Source: Eledone cirrhosa
Lineage: Eukaryota
NCBI GenBank assembly: GCA_964016885.1
Contig: OZ024743.1
Location: forward strand, 274,536,001-274,600,000
DNA length: 64,000 nt
Reading direction: 5' to 3'
In this document: positions 1 to 15,352 of the stretch, one piece after another
Layout of the letters: each line of letters starts with the position of its first letter
Position numbering within the stretch: the first letter of the stretch is position 1
Position numbers and translations under genes: made by a program
The notes under the pieces: model-generated
What the model was told of the DNA's origin: nothing
Databases searched by the model: none
Seen by the model: the letters and a program-made list of their open reading frames with translations, nothing else

Positions 1-197
1 GAATGCAGGGTTCACACTGCCCACTTGCGTAGTAATTACTATTCAGTCACATTTTATATCAAGACAAGAGTGTGAGGCGTATTAAACAAATAAAAACGAT
101 AGTGGTAATGCACTTGCTAATGTCTTTCTCAGGGTAAGTATATCGACAAAATATGTAAACACCGTCGACGAAGCCTATAAACCAGTATATTCAGTTT
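1..197. repeat. Direct duplication, copy 1 (partner 2049-2245)
   Basis: gaatgcagggttca...aagcctataaacc is near-identical at 1 and 2049; each copy is followed within ~100 bp by a similar SINE copy. Confidence 0.85.
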
Positions 198-215
198 TAA
201 AAAGAAACCATTATT

Positions 216-258
<43 letters not shown>

Positions 259-264
259 ATAGGG

Positions 265-452
265 GGGTGGATTGGCAGTATCGGTAGAGTGTCGGACGCC
301 ATGCTTTCCAGCATAGTTACGTCCCTTTACAATCTGAGTTCAAATCCCCCCGAGGTTGACTTTGCCTTTCATCCTTACGGGGTCTATAAAATAAAGTACC
401 AGTAATGCACTGGGTAATTGCTGGCCTTGTGCCAAAAGTAGAAACAATTATT
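265..452 (+). mobile_element. tRNA-derived SINE, abundant family
   Basis: A-box-like tggcagtatcgg, B-box gagttcaaatcc, central core gcctttcatccttacggggtc-ataaaataaagtaccag, tail gctggccttgtgccaaaagtagaaac; about 15 copies in the window. Confidence 0.85.
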
Positions 453-753
453 TAGGCCAGATTTAAAGTCATAAATTAAACAGCCACGAATAAAAGATGG
501 GTATAGATTCATGTTGTGTCCCCTTTGACGGCGTAACAGAAACTGAGAAATGCACATGGTGCATACCAACGTTACTTCTTATATATGTGCACATGTGCAA
601 CCTTCAATATTTCCAGAAAACTCGACCAAAATACGTCCTTTCGAAAAACGGCGGGAACGCACTGTCCAAACCCAAAATATATCTATATATGTATATACAT
701 ATATAAACATATATATGTATGTATGTATGTATATATGTATTTATGTATGTATG

Positions 754-784
<31 letters not shown>

Positions 785-811
785 ATATTATATGTGTGTA
801 CATATTTGATG

Positions 812-855
<44 letters not shown>

Positions 856-879
856 TATATGTGTACATATTTGATGATG

Positions 880-913
<34 letters not shown>

Positions 914-923
914 ATATATATAT

Positions 924-1108
924 AGGAAAAATATGACCACGACGACAGAGCTCAAGCCGTTTCGACGGCTATTTCTAGACTAGCCGTAGAAACGGCTTGA
1001 GCTCTTCCGTCGGGTTGATACTTTTTTCCTATTACCCACTCTACTACCCTAAGTATTGAGTACTCTGGTGCGTTATAGTCCATCTGGTTCCTTACCACAA
1101 CTTCAACG
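924..1108 (+). mobile_element. PLE-terminus-like fold-back module (family F) containing the 3' half of an HHR
   Basis: Hairpin 924-1030; GAAA-cggc-ttgagctct-tccg-TC-ggg; tail ttcctattacccactctactaccct; (TA)n on both sides. Confidence 0.7.
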
Positions 1109-1141
1109 TTATATATATATATATATAATATATATATATAT

Positions 1142-1190
<49 letters not shown>

Positions 1191-1224
1191 TATATATTAT
1201 ATATATATATAATATCATATATAT

Positions 1225-1255
<31 letters not shown>

Positions 1256-1256
1256 A

Positions 1257-1325
<69 letters not shown>

Positions 1326-1669
1326 ACACAGGTGAAGTACATGTCAACTAGACAACATATACAATGTAAAAAGTCAGACAGAGACAAAATCACTGGAATA
1401 TGTTACTATATGTTTTTAATAATGTTACGAATTTTGTTAAACCCCTTTTCTCTTTGATTTACTTTATTTTTTTATTTGCTATTGTTGCCTCGAATTGTTG
1501 AATTTATACACAATAAAACAAAAGAGAATTGTCAAATATATTGAACGAATTATTGGAGAAAACATATATAAAGTCATGTCAAAATATAATAAAATTCTAT
1601 TTCCCCAAAAATATTGGTTTACTTGTTATTTTTTCTTTGCATTATTTTTCTTGAATGTGTAAGGCAACC

Positions 1670-1880
1670 TATTTAGCTGAATCGGTAATGCCTTGGATAC
1701 CATGGTTCACCGTATAGAGTTACGGTCATTTGTGTTCTGAGTTCAAATCCCGCCAAGGTTAGCTTTGCCTTTTATCCTTAAGGGGTTGATAAAATAAATT
1801 ACCAATAAAGCACTGGGGTCGATTTAATCGACTTTTCCCTCCCCCAAAATTGCTGGCCTTGTGCCTAAATCAGAAACATT
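1670..1880 (+). mobile_element. tRNA-derived SINE
   Basis: gagttcaaatcccgccaaggttagctttgcctttt...gataaaataaattacc...gctggccttgtgcc. Confidence 0.8.
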
Positions 1881-2348
1881 ATTTCAGCTCTGTGGGTCGA
1901 TAAAGAAAGCAACATCCCAGCCCATTTATTCTGTAGTCCTGTTCCCTTCCACCTGTCTCATGCTTGAACTTCTGTTGGATTAAGGGAGAGAGTCTTAAGA
2001 GTGTGATTCTGTGTTCTCACAACCGCATGGATAACTAAAACTCTGAACGAATGCAGGGTTCATACTGCCCACTTGCGTAGTAATTACCATTCAGTCACAT
2101 TTTATATCGAGACAAAAGTGCGAGGCGTATTAAACAAATAAAAACGATAGTGGTAATGCACTTGCTAATGTCTTTCTCAGGGTAAGTATATCGACAAAAT
2201 ATGTAAACACCGTCGAGGAAGCCTATAAACCAATATGTTCAGTTTTCCCTATCAAAATCTCACAGGTAGTCCTTTCTCGCTATTGCCGCCTTCAGTGAAT
2301 CGGTGATTGGTTTGGTGGAAATCAGGTTATTGTTAACAAAATATTATA

Positions 2349-2528
2349 TTGGCAGTATCGGTAGAGGGTCGGACGCCATGCTTTCCAGCATAGTTACGTC
2401 CCTTTATGATCTGAGTTCAAATCCCGCCGAGGTTGACTTTGCCTTTCATCCTTACGGGGTCGATAAAATAAAGTACCAGTAATGCACTGGATAATTGCTG
2501 GCCTTGTGCCTAAAGTAGAAACAATTAT
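2349..2528 (+). mobile_element. tRNA-derived SINE
   Basis: Same family as 265-452. Confidence 0.85.
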
Positions 2529-2539
2529 ATGAAATAATT

Positions 2540-2925
2540 GTTTCTACTTTTGGTTGAATGCCAGCAATTGCAAGGGGGGGGGTCGATTAAATCGACCCCA
2601 GTGCGTTACTAGTACTTTAAAGCTAACCTCTGCGAGGTTTGAAATCAGAACGTAATGAGCCGTAACTCTAAGACGCCAAGCAGGGTTTCCGACGTTCAAC
2701 CGATTCTGCCAATTCACCGCCCTCATGCTTTATAAAATAATGTTTTTACTTTTGTTACAAGGCCAGCGATTACCCCCCTATGCATTACTGGTACTTTATT
2801 TTATCGACCCCGTAAGGATGAAAGGCAAAGTTAACCTCGGTGGATTTGAACTCAGAACGCAAATGGCCATAACTCTATGCTGCAAAGCATGGTGTCTGAC
2901 GCTCTACCGACACTGCCAATCCATT
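2540..2925 (-). mobile_element. Two adjacent minus-strand SINE copies (2540-2725 internally deleted; 2745-2925)
   Basis: ctggtactttattttatcgaccccgtaaggatgaaaggcaaagttaacctcgg...ggatttgaactcag. Confidence 0.8.
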
Positions 2926-3204
2926 AAAATAACTAGTAATTACTAGCTCGTGTAATCAATTGAAAATAGTGTTAAAACTGGTCCAACTAACTTAACATAA
3001 CCTGCGACACGGTATTTGAACTAATGAGGAAGACACTTCACTAGACATGGTAAAACTGCGAACTTCTGGAATAAGGCTGGATATTGCATCAAAAATATAC
3101 ATTTCTAAAGCTTGCCATGGGCTCGAAACTCTTGATTCAGTCATAAAGGCCTAGTAGTGATGCACGGCTTGTCTCAATACAACCGATTTCTTATAGATAG
3201 AGAG

Positions 3205-3330
3205 AAAGTACTAGACTGTTATTTTATTTATCGACCTCGAAAGGTTGAAAGGCAAATTTGACCTCGATGGAATTAAAATAGAGAACAGAAAGCTGTAACG
3301 AACAGCGCGAAGCATTCTATCCGACGGTCT
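3205..3330 (-). mobile_element. Degenerate SINE
   Basis: tatcgacctcgaaaggttgaaaggcaaatttgacctcg. Confidence 0.65.
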
Positions 3331-4416
3331 GTCGCCGCGTTTTTTATTTTAACAACCCATCTCTTACCCTGATATATTTGCGAGTGATTTGCTTTAAACA
3401 ACCTCAACTATGGAATGAAATTGTAGATATAATCGAAATATTTAACATAATGACAGAATGTTATGAAGATCTGTAAATATTTATGCATCAAAATAGAAAT
3501 AAGGATATTAAAAAAACATGGATTTTTTACGGATCCTACATTGTATATAGTAGTCCTACATACACTGGAAGAAATAAATACGAAACAAACGCTTCTGATC
3601 ATATGCCTGCTGGATCTAAGTTTACCTGAGGCTAAACAACAACGACATTAGCAACAGAAACACAATCTTGCCATGTATGAGCCGACCAAGAAGCTGCAGA
3701 ACAGAAGAATGTATTGATAGCTAAGTAGGTAGGTTAGACAATATTTACTCCACTCCACTCTACAGACCATGTGTACACAAGTACTATAGGTCTACTTTAT
3801 TGATTTGTAGTCATGTAATTCCTCTCATACTGTCTTATAGTCTTCGCACCACCGATGCTGTTTAAGTAGCAGAGTTCTCTATCAACAAACCCTATATAAG
3901 TAACTCTATATATACACTTTTGTATGTTTATCTAACACATTTCGTCCTTCCTTCTTTACACAGCTACCTCGTAACAACAGTATATCGTACATCGTACACC
4001 ATCTATCTAATTGCCGTCTTGAAAAGACACCCAAAGGCGCTGGCTTACAGCTGTTATGCCCTAATAACACAGACCACACGTGTTTGTTTATTTGTTCTCC
4101 GTCGATGACGATCAGACGAGGTTATTTTCACTGTTCTTCCTTATCTCGATCCATAATTACCCGTATTCTTTTATATTCATCTTTTCCCGAAAGGAAAAAT
4201 GTGTCTGTGAACTTCATGTTTACTTATCTCTTCATTTTCGGAAGCCTTAAGAACCACAGATCCTCGTCGTCTTCTTCATAAAGTTTTTTTTTTCTTTTGC
4301 GGTAGGATTTGAATTCTGCACTATAAAAATCGAATCGCTAACTTATCTTACGGTAGGACAATTTCTGCGTGCGGTTAGTGTCAAAGTTCTCGTAAAGTAA
4401 GCACTTAAAAGGAAAT

Positions 4417-4490
<74 letters not shown>

Positions 4491-4679
4491 TATTTATTTT
4501 TTTACAGTGTGGTAGGGTCCGTTCCGTAGATAGAACTCAATGTAATCCGATGGCGAGTAATCCAGTGAAATCCATAGAGAAGTTCTGTGTTCCGCTGAGT
4601 TAATACAGTCAGATATTAGGTATTAAATTAACAATGAAAATAAATACAACAAAGTCAAGTTACTTTACCTATTCATATC

Positions 4680-4805
4680 ATTGTTTTACGATCGTTTCGG
4701 AGGGTCGATCATATTGACATATTGTCTGATCTATAGCAGTTATATAACTGTATACTATCAGACCTCATATATAAGTTCGATCAAACCGTCTTCTTCGGAA
4801 ACAAT
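4680..4805 (-). ncRNA. Type I hammerhead-like motif with CCGAAGA core variant
   Basis: Minus strand: attgttt-CCGAAGA-(long helix II)-GAAA-cgatcg-TA-aaacaat; 7-bp helix I, palindromic helix III. Confidence 0.6.
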
Positions 4806-4837
4806 ATTGTTTCCGATGACATGAATAAGTTTAATAC

Positions 4838-4873
<36 letters not shown>

Positions 4874-5511
4874 ACACTAGCAACGCAAAGGAACAACACA
4901 ATCTTAAACATCCCTTCTTCGGCTGCCAACTTTTCTGATTTCTGTCATTGATTAGCCATTCGTATGTCCTGATGCTGCAGACTTAGCAGACTTATAACCA
5001 ATCGTTCCAACCGTAAATATGGTTTTATTAATTTTTTTTTTTTCTTCAGATATCATGTCTGTAAGACTTTTCAAATTATTCTTCCATTTTTTTAATTTCA
5101 AATCATATAGCCAGCCAACTTTCGTGATTCATTTCTCCGGTGATTATGAAGTAATAACTGTAATGTACTGAGTTTTCAACAATCAGATAAATTTCACCGC
5201 CAACTTGCTAAGTGAATATGATATATAATTATAAATGTACCGCATTGTGTACACAAAATATTATCAAATAATTGTAACATTTTGCTCAGATGGAGATAGA
5301 AAATATAAAGCTAATGGCAACTTTAGTTATGCTGGGGGTAAATTGGGGTTATTTCAAGATTTAATTACATATAGATATATTTCCAAGCTATACGATTTAA
5401 CTTATATTTGCAGGAAAGTAGAAAAATACGTCTGTCACAGTTTCATTGGTTTCCATCAGTGTTGCATAGTCTATGTAAAACCGCTTTGATCAATTGACAA
5501 AAAACTTTTAC

Positions 5512-5650
5512 TTATAAAATGAGTTCCGAAGGATATAGGTTTGTAGACATATGCACGATAATGAGCTAAGAAGAATAACTCGAGTAGGCAAATGCCGACA
5601 ATTTAGAAATTTTAAGGAATGGTATACGACGGCGTTTATACATACATACA
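5512..5650. repeat. ~140-bp direct repeat (partner 6456-6585)
   Basis: ttataaaatgagttccgaagga...ggaatggtatac present twice. Confidence 0.75.
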
Positions 5651-5883
5651 TATATTTATATATAAATATAAATTCAGCAGGAATTGCATTTCGGGGGGTA
5701 GAAAAAGCGAAACGTAACGCAAATTCCGAGTCAAGCTGGGAAGCGCTCCATGGGCTAAAAAGACCAGAGCAATAAACATAGGTTATAAAGGCCATACAAA
5801 CTGAGAAGGCGGTCAAGAATCCATTAACCACCTAAGCCAAAAAACAAGTCAAGCTAAACAGGTCAGACAAAATAAATGACATA

Positions 5884-5942
<59 letters not shown>

Positions 5943-6305
5943 AACCTGGACCCTTGGAATTGACGGTAAAATCCAGTACAGGGTTTCTGTGACACCTAAA
6001 TCAATAATACTATCTGCTTAAAACAATAAGCTTTTGATATAATGTTCGAACGAGGAATGTCACGTTATCAACAGGTATTTTGTACTGTGCCAGTGTTGTG
6101 GATGACACAGTGTTTTGTAAAAGCACATGTGTAACTCACAGAGGAAAACCCTCAGATTTTGGCAAATGAATTCAGTATGTGTAAATCCATGCAAACAATT
6201 CATAAACAGCACAAATCGAATAAGCTCTCGACCAGGTAGTTTTTAAAATAAACTTATGCAATTAATCTGTCAATAGAATTATTAACAGGTTAATTGTAAG
6301 ACTCG

Positions 6306-6410
<105 letters not shown>

Positions 6411-6704
6411 CGTGCGCGCGTGCGTGTGTGTGTGTGTGACAATAAAACGTTTATTTATAAAATGAGTTCCGAAGGATTTAGGTTTGAAGAAATATGCACG
6501 ATAATGGGCTAAGAATAGGCAAATGCCAACAATTTAGATATTTTAAGGAATGGTATACAACGCCATTTATGCATACATACATACATATATACACACACAC
6601 ATATATATATATGTGTGTGTGTGTGCAGTGTATATGATTCGGTGAATTACTGGTGGTGGTACCAATATGAGCACTTGATGCTGTAAATATATATATAAAT
6701 ATCA

Positions 6705-6835
6705 GATAGGGTGTGGTAAGAACCAGCTAGGTTATAACCCACCACAGTACTCTATACTTGGGGTAGTATAGTGGGTAATATGAAAATATTCAGGATCCCG
6801 ACGGCCAGAGCTCAGCCGTCGGGGCCCTGAATCTG

Positions 6836-6838
<3 letters not shown>
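6705..6838 (-). mobile_element. Family F module folded back at the HHR helix III loop
   Basis: tcaggatcccgacggc-cagagctca-gccgtcggggccctga hairpin plus family F tail. Confidence 0.65.
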
Positions 6839-6913
<75 letters not shown>

Positions 6914-6916
<3 letters not shown>

Positions 6917-7385
6917 GAATAATCGAGTATCGAAAAATCGGCGCACGAGTTCACGATAAACAAAATTCGACATGAGTGGCAGAGGGCTCAATAATTCAGA
7001 TAAATCAAAGCTATAACTATCGTTAAAATACCAACACACATAGATTATGTCTAAAATCAACCATACGACCGAAAAATTACGATCAGGAAGATTCGGGTCA
7101 CTCAGATAAAATATCAATAAATCAATAAATCATATGAATGTAAAAAGCTTACCCGGACCCACTAGAAAGATGGTAAATCTAGCTTCTTGGGTTTCTGTAA
7201 ATCCTTAAACCGCCCACTATCAGCCCACATAAAAATATATAAGACTTCTAGAGAGCGGCGGACAGGAAATACTTTATCAACGAGCTTTGTCCAAACGAAT
7301 AAAAAAGCCAACCCTAGCTGAAAACGCACATGGAATCCAGCAAGGGAGATAACCTCTATATCCGCGAAAAATATTCGGGAATGTG

Positions 7386-7390
<5 letters not shown>
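6914..7390 (-). mobile_element. Dispersed repeat abutting (TA)n (second copy 49977-50247); probable retroelement 3' terminus
   Basis: gtagaataatcgagtatcgaaaaatcggcgcacgag... starts at the same base next to (TA)n in both copies. Confidence 0.65.
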
Positions 7391-7422
<32 letters not shown>

Positions 7423-7934
7423 GATTCCTCCGAAGGATCCTTGGTGTAACGTTATTCGATAAAGTGCGAAGCTCGGAGATCAGAGAGTCACTCCATGTAG
7501 GGGCACTACTTCTCTGAATTGAATTGAAAGATCACAGCTCCGATACTATGGGCATGTAGTTAGAATGTCTCAGGAAAGAATCGCAGGATAGATTTTACGG
7601 GCAAAGCCAACAGGTAGGAGACTCCGATCAAGACGGGTGGATAACATCCAAGAGCTTGGCTGGTCTCGCTTGGGGATCCAGCTGAATCAGTTGGAGACAC
7701 TTGCTTCTGACAGAACCTGCTGGAAGGACTGTTTGAAGAGTCTTCCCCCACGACCCTCTCAGGAATAAGTGGGCGAAGAAGAAACATATATATACACATA
7801 TACATATAAGTATATATGTCTGTGTGAGCGTGTGTGTGTATTAATGTATGTTTTATGTATAAAGACTGTTAGTTTTGACCAAGCCATTAGAGGCGAAACT
7901 ACGAAGTCACTGTCAACTCTTTCCTTATAGACAC

Positions 7935-7968
<34 letters not shown>

Positions 7969-8615
7969 ACGTGCGCAAACACTGGTGGGATGCATACGTA
8001 CCTAAACACATACATACATTAATATAAAGATACATACATACATACATACATACATACATACATACATACTTTACATACATACATACATACACGTACACAC
8101 ATATTTACGCATACAAATTAAAAATATGACATTATTTTCTTATTTACGGGACACTAACAATACTGCCTTCTATTTTTTTTCTTGCCTCCTCCCTTATTCT
8201 TCCTCAGTATAACGAAAAGAAAAATGAGATAAAAAACGGAAAGGGAGATAAAAAATATTTTTTTACAATTGAATGTTGTCTGTCTCGGCGTGTTTTATGA
8301 TAATGTGTTACAAAATGAAAATATAAGAGGATTCTTGACACGAACAAGTTGAAGAATTTAACAGAATTTCGATGAGGAATTTTTATTAAGATTGCATATA
8401 TTTTTCTTTATTATTAAGATAGCTGTCAATTTTTTGTTTTAGTTTTTATGGGCTATCTTTATATTTGCATTATTGTGAGAGTGGGATGGTGCGTCAGCAA
8501 ATTTGTCGGTGTATTTGTCTGCGTAACTGTGTGAATTTGTGTGTGATTTTCTGTATGTATGTATGTATTTTGATATTTTCTTGTATTTGTAATATATTTT
8601 CTCGAATTAAGGCTT

Positions 8616-8697
<82 letters not shown>

Positions 8698-9084
8698 CAT
8701 TTTTATTCTTTAGTATTTGGGAGAGATTTATTTTCTCAATTATTTATTTGTATGATTGAATTGCTTCTTTACCCCCTTTTATTATCTCCTCCTTCTTCCT
8801 CTTCGCATGTTTCTTCTTCTTCTTCTTCTTCATCTGTTTATTACTTATTTTTTCGATTTTTCTTATATATTTTCGTTGAAATTTTCTGTTTATACCTGTG
8901 TGCATGTATACGTCTATATGGGTGAATCTGTGTATGTTTATATACATATATGTGAGTGCGTGTGTTTGTGTGTGCGCGCGTATGTGTGTGCGCGTGTGTG
9001 TATGGATGTGTGTGCATGTGTGTGTGTGTATGTGTGAATATGTGTGTATGTGTGTGTGTGTAAGCGTTTATGTGTAAGTGTGAG

Positions 9085-9116
<32 letters not shown>

Positions 9117-9372
9117 TTTTTTTTATTATTCTGGTACTAGATTACTGGATTCTGTCATAAGACCTTGGTCATGCTGGTACACTAGTACTTATTTTATCGT
9201 TCTCTATGTACTGAACTGATAGGTTCCTGGACATTAAAGAACACAACATATAAAAGACCACATTCAATGGAAACAATACACGCCCCCTTCCCCCTCTCCA
9301 CACACACACTGCAATATTAGTATTTTGAGTATCATTTTTAAATGGCCTGAAGAGGTAATATAGTCACTTCTC

Positions 9373-9538
9373 ATTTAACGACCAGCAAACGCTGTAGAAT
9401 GGTAACATTGTTATTGAAAATACGTTCCTAGATGTTATGGTCCACCTTTTGATGAGATGGATACACAGGACATTATGAACGCGTAGCTTTCGAAATGCTT
9501 TGATAATGCTCATAAATGCAAGCGGTCCTTAAACGAGG
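9373..9538 (+). repeat. Dispersed repeat; reverse-complement copy at 59190-59357
   Basis: ~165 bp of near-identity, both copies ending at the same base next to a (GT/CA)-rich tract. Confidence 0.8.
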
Positions 9539-9703
9539 TGTGTGGATGTGTGTGGGTGTGTGTATGTATGGGTGTGTGTTTATGTGTGTGATGTATGTGT
9601 GTGTGTAAATGTACGACTATATATATATATATTTATATATATATATATATAAATATATATTTATATATATATATATTTTTTTTTATATTTATATATATAT
9701 ACA

Positions 9704-9800
<97 letters not shown>

Positions 9801-10070
9801 TAGCGACATATATATTTCTTTTTTTAAATGTGTATGTATGTGTGGGTGTTTTTATAATCTCTAAACATCTTATAGTAATTCAAAAGAATATATTTAAAAC
9901 CTGGTTTGTAAAATTTAAATCTTTATCGTATTTTCACTATTGGACAGAAAATTGTTGAGTAAATTTGCAATCAGGTTGCTGTTTTATATTTTCAAGAATG
10001 TTTTGCTAATGCGGAATCATGTGGTACAGGACGTTAGGAGTTATATCTTTATTCACGAATCTCGTATATT

Positions 10071-10128
<58 letters not shown>

Positions 10129-10599
10129 GAGGAGGAAAAATTGAGAAAACGAAAGGTTGAATGAATAAAAGGAAAATGGAGGGGATAGACAAAAATACCC
10201 ATCTATTCAGCATAAATAAGCCAAAATAAAGCAGCGAAAATAATTAATTGATGGCTGAAGTGGTGCCGTTTTAATCCATCGTTCAATGGTAAATTTGCTG
10301 ATACATTCAAGCAGAAATTCTCTCAATAATAAATTAAGGTTTCAAGATGTTTCAAGAAAAGTTTGGTACTGTCTTCTTCAACCAGTGACATTAGGAATTT
10401 TATAATGTAGATCGGGGAGAAAGGGAATCATAGAACTGATGATAATGATAGTGGTGGTGGTAATGGTGGTGGTGGTAGTGGTGGTGGTGGTGGTGGTGGT
10501 GGAAGCAGGGACTTAAAGTGGGAGCGGGTAGGGTTGAACGGTTGCCGTGAACTTTAAAAAGTTAAATCGATATTCACACACACACATGCACACACACAC

Positions 10600-11200
<601 letters not shown>

Positions 11201-11631
11201 ATATATATACATATATCACATACATATTGTATGTATTTTTAGGTAGATAGATACATAGTCAGAGAGAAAAAAGAATACTCAGTGAGATTGAAAGGAACGT
11301 GTATAGCAAAGTTGCAATAAAGAGAGCGATAACATCTCTCTCCAAATCATTTTGAAACATTCCAAAAATAAACTGATTTGATCAAGTCCCTTAAACAAAC
11401 ACAGACAAATCACTAAAAGCAATATAATATATGAAAAAACAACTTAGTTATGATTTCTTACAATACACACTCATCACCATCACAATTATGTTTATAAAAG
11501 CAAGGACACAAATAATGCACATGCATATATGTGTGCATATGTGTGTATGTATGTATATATTTATGTGTGTATATATATATATATGTACGTGTGTATCTAT
11601 ATATGCATTTATATGTATATTTGTGTGTGTG

Positions 11632-11673
<42 letters not shown>

Positions 11674-11700
11674 ATGTATAATAAACAATACAATATAATT

Positions 11701-11770
11701 ACCTCATTACCAGAGGTTTCCCGAATAAGACGAATACGAAAAACGTCCTCATTCGTTCGTCGGACAAGGC
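11701..11770 (-). ncRNA. Type I hammerhead-like motif with CCGACGA core variant
   Basis: gccttgt-CCGACGA-a-cgaatgaggacg/cgtcttattcg-g-GAAA-cc-tct-gg-TA-atgaggt; helix I pairs with several G-U. Confidence 0.6.
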
Positions 11771-12067
11771 AATATAAAACATAGTGAAATATTTGGAAAG
11801 TCTTCTCAAGAAATGCAAAAGATATATAAAAAATATAAGGAAATATAGTTAGGGTATGTGTATATGTATGTATATACACTCACAAATGTACATATGTGTG
11901 TATGTACAAATGCATGTGTATGGTGAAAATGTGTGCGTAAGTACATATATGAGGGCAAGTATATTTGTGTATATGTGACCACAAATACGTATATAATATG
12001 AGTTGAAAAAGAAAATGATAATATAGTTGACACGCATCCAGATACAGGTATATATATATATATATAC

Positions 12068-13114
12068 AAAATTAAGATAAATTAAATTAAATTAAATTAA
12101 ATTAAATTAAATTAAGGGTGTCACGCCATATCACCCGTAAAATATGCTCCAAGATTCTAATGAATAGATCCGAGCATTTTATATCAACTAGAAATTGATT
12201 GACATATAAATAAACATATGAAACAATCACAGGGGATAATTTGTAAAAGTGTGTAAGCACACATAGCTAGGTAGGTAACTAAATAAAGTTTAACTAGAAC
12301 TTCAAAAATAGATACCTTATAAAATGATTAGTCTTCCTTGTATATATTCCATTAAAGAAATTTATTTCACCAATTAATTGATTGTTAAACGACGGTAGCC
12401 AGATCCTGGATTTTCAACAAGGAAGAGGTCCAACCATCTGTGTTTACGAATCAAATTCAAATCAGCGACTGGCCAGTAACAAGTGCTGTATTTACTAAAA
12501 ATACACACATCATACCAGCTTCGTCCCGGTGGCGTGAATAGGGTTATCGACAACTAGAAGCAGCAGTAAAGTCCTTTCAACTGAGTTAGCTCTACAATTA
12601 AGGGGCCGTATTTATATATATCCAAAATTAAGATAAATTAAATTAAATTAAATTAAATTAAGGGTGTCATGCCGGATAGACATCCGCCATATCATCCGTA
12701 AAATATGCTCCAAGATTCTAATGAATAGATCCGAGCATTTTATATCAACTAGAAATTGATTGACATATAAATAAACATATGAAACAATCACAGGGGATAA
12801 TTTGTAAAAGTGTGTAAGCACACATAGCTAGGTAGGTAACTAAATGAAGTTTAACTAGAACTTCAAAAATAGATACCTTGTAAAATGATTAATCTTCCTT
12901 GACTACTGTCGTTTACCAATCGATTAATTGGTTAAATATATTTCTTTAATGGAATATATACAAGGAAGATTAATCATTTTATAAGGTATCTATTTTTGAA
13001 GTTCTAGTTAAACTTTATTTAGTTACCTACCTAGCTATGTGTGCTTACACACTTTTACAAATTATCCCCTGCGATTGTTTCATATGTTTATTTATATGTC
13101 AATCAATTTCTAGT

Positions 13115-13118
<4 letters not shown>
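12068..13118. repeat. Complex tandem plus inverted repeat inside (TA)n
   Basis: 12068-12340 repeated at 12624-12900; 12902-13118 is the reverse complement of ~12180-12400. Confidence 0.8.
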
Positions 13119-13153
<35 letters not shown>

Positions 13154-13376
13154 GAAACACACAGATACATGCGGACACACACATATACATGAATGCATCC
13201 ACATCCAACCGTGAGTTAATGGTGCCAACCTTACCGATGTTGGTATTTTCTTCGGGGTTATAAGAGGCTTAGCTCTGTTTCTCGACCGTTATATCGCGTG
13301 ACTATCTCCCCCTCCGCCTTTTGGGATTCTTTCTCACGTCGTGTAGACGCGTTCTTGAAGCTAGTAAAATGAGGTA

Positions 13377-13466
13377 TCCTCTTGATAAGTCGGCAGACCT
13401 CGCAAAGGCTCTATATCTTTATGATGTACTGTTTTTGTTTATGCCACGAAACTACGTAGTCGAGGA
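13377..13466 (+). ncRNA. Decayed type I hammerhead
   Basis: tcctc-TTGATAA-gtcggca...tgccac-GAAA-ctacgtag-TC-gagga; all three helices present, two core substitutions. Confidence 0.6.
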
Positions 13467-13554
13467 ATCTAGGAGCAGTTTAGGTATGATACATTTTATT
13501 ACTAATTATATCTAAATGTTCCTTCTCTCTTCATAATGTATATATATATATATA

Positions 13555-13664
13555 TATAGTTATATTTGGGGAGGGTCATATTGTTATAATATTAATTAAA
13601 GACACTCACTGTTTGGTTTGGAATGGTTTTCGACAACCGATTTCATATAAAAAAAACCTTGCAA

Positions 13665-13705
<41 letters not shown>

Positions 13706-13747
13706 CATATAAACATATATGCATATATATACGTATATGAATATGTA

Positions 13748-13823
<76 letters not shown>

Positions 13824-13858
13824 TTAAATACGTATATATATGCATATATGTTTATATA

Positions 13859-13913
<55 letters not shown>

Positions 13914-14022
13914 TTGCAAGTTTTTTTATATGAAATCGTGTGTTGAAAACCATTCCAAACCAAAGAGTGAGTGTCTTTAATTAATATTATAACAATATGA
14001 CCCTCCCCAAATATAACTATAT
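13555..14022. repeat. ~470-bp imperfect fold-back centred on a (TA)n tract
   Basis: 13557-13670 is the reverse complement of 13905-14020; 13700-13748 of 13817-13866. Confidence 0.85.
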
Positions 14023-14023
14023 A

Positions 14024-14816
<793 letters not shown>

Positions 14817-14823
14817 CATGCAT

Positions 14824-14859
<36 letters not shown>

Positions 14860-14887
14860 TGAAATCACTGAATATCGATCTAAACCC

Positions 14888-14949
<62 letters not shown>

Positions 14950-14952
<3 letters not shown>

Positions 14953-15310
14953 GATATTAACAAATGGAAACTATATTTATAAAACCATATTTATTTCATT
15001 ATACATATTTCAAGGATACCAAGTTAAATTATGGTATGCCTCCATCAGACAAAATACAATATATATCAGTTTTATAAATAAGCATTGACGTACCCTTTCA
15101 AAATGCGACCATTACTTTTGGAGGACATGATGAAGGCATACCATAATTTAACTTGGTATCCTTGAAATATGTATAATGAAATAAATATGGTTTTATAAAT
15201 ATAGTTTCCATTTGTTAATATCGTATATTTACTCAAAATACTTGTCGAGTGCTTTATATTAGTTATAAAAATATTTACTTGTTGTATCCCAACAATTTAA
15301 ATAGAACTTT

Positions 15311-15315
<5 letters not shown>
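14950..15315 (+). mobile_element. PLE 3' terminus with inverted copy; HHR remnants at 14992-15056 (-) and 15128-15183 (+)
   Basis: 14950-15048 is the reverse complement of 15128-15227; tattttgt-CTGATGG-agg..ctt-GAAA-tatgta-TA-atgaaata; homologous to the terminus of the PLE at 17549-22612. Confidence 0.75.

Positions 15316-15352
<37 letters not shown>

Noticed and set aside
265-360. A/B boxes as tRNA genes
   Set aside because: No cloverleaf; they belong to multi-copy SINE heads.
9347-9400. CTGAAGA-ggt..acc as a hammerhead
   Set aside because: No properly placed GAAA or helix I partner.
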